The position numbers were made by a program, and so were the translations under genes. The notes beneath the pieces were generated by a model. The model saw nothing but the letters and a program-made list of their open reading frames with translations. It ran no database searches and was not told the DNA's origin. Positions 63,497 to 64,000 of a stretch of 64,000 nt of DNA are shown piece after piece. The stretch comes from Octopus sinensis (taxonomy: Eukaryota). The stretch covers positions 2,604,001 through 2,668,000 of the forward strand of contig NC_043023.1 in NCBI RefSeq assembly GCF_006345805.1, given 5' to 3'. Within the stretch, counting starts at the first letter, position 1. Each line of letters starts with the position of its first letter.

Positions 63497-64000
63497 CAGG
63501 GGTTGGACAAAATAATGGAAACACCTTAAAATTCCAAACAAATTTATTTTAATATTGAGTAGGACCACCTTTAGTAATAATTACAGCTTGAATTATATGA
63601 GGTATGGACATGTACAAAGTCTTAATGGTTTCCAAAGGAATTTTTGTCCATTCTTCAGCTAAAACAGTCTCCAGTTCTTGTAGTGATGATGGTGGAGTAT
63701 ATCGACTCCTTAATTGTTTTTCTAAAATGCACCATAAATGTTCAATAATATTGAGATCTGGGGACTGTGGTGGCCAGATAAGATGTTCAGCTTCACTAGA
63801 ATGTTCCTCGTGCCATTCAGTAACAACTTTAGCCGTGTGAATTCGTGCATTATCATAATGAAAGATTGCGTTTCCCTCTGGAAATAGTTCTGCAACCATA
63901 GGATGAATTTGATCAGATAAAATCCTCAAATAGTCTTGACTATTAATTCTGCCATGAAATGAAGCCAGTGGGCCAGCGGATTTCCAAGATATAACCCCCT
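63497..64000 (-). mobile_element. Tc1-like DNA transposon 3' end, running off the window
   Basis: TA|CAGGGGTTGGACAAAATAATGGAAACACC terminal repeat at 63497. Confidence 0.9.
63549..64000 (-). CDS. Tc1-family transposase, C-terminal part (DD36E spacing); partial
   Basis: GRINSQDYLRIL...DNARIHTAKVV...WPPQSPDLNIIEHLW...KGGPTQY*; 36 residues between D and E. Confidence 0.8.
   Translation of the reverse strand, partial: GVISWKSAGPLASFHGRINSQDYLRILSDQIHPMVAELFPEGNAIFHYDNARIHTAKVVTEWHEEHSSEAEHLIWPPQSPDLNIIEHLWCILEKQLRSRYTPPSSLQELETVLAEEWTKIPLETIKTLYMSIPHIIQAVIITKGGPTQY

Overview
Repeat-saturated, AT-rich eukaryotic DNA with a 100-N gap at 33041-33140. The SINE families, recognised from memory and not by search, point to an octopod cephalopod (Octopus). 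No host protein-coding exon could be supported: almost all long ORFs in the track are read-throughs of microsatellites or minisatellites. Real coding relics are all from mobile elements: a Penelope GIY-YIG endonuclease, two CR1/L2-type RT 3' ends, RTE RT fragments, an R4/Dong-type restriction-like endonuclease, mariner pieces and a Tc1 transposase with DD36E spacing. There are also dozens of tRNA-derived SINEs, non-autonomous Helitrons and several tandem arrays grown from retroposon 3' ends. The most striking signal is a set of hand-folded minimal type I hammerhead-ribozyme motifs from several unrelated Penelope-like terminal-repeat families. Two of them replace the core C3-G8 pair with compensatory U3-A8 and G3-C8 pairs. 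Four separate fold-back (palindromic) structures have their inversion junction at or just 5' of the hammerhead. All folds are by eye and untested.
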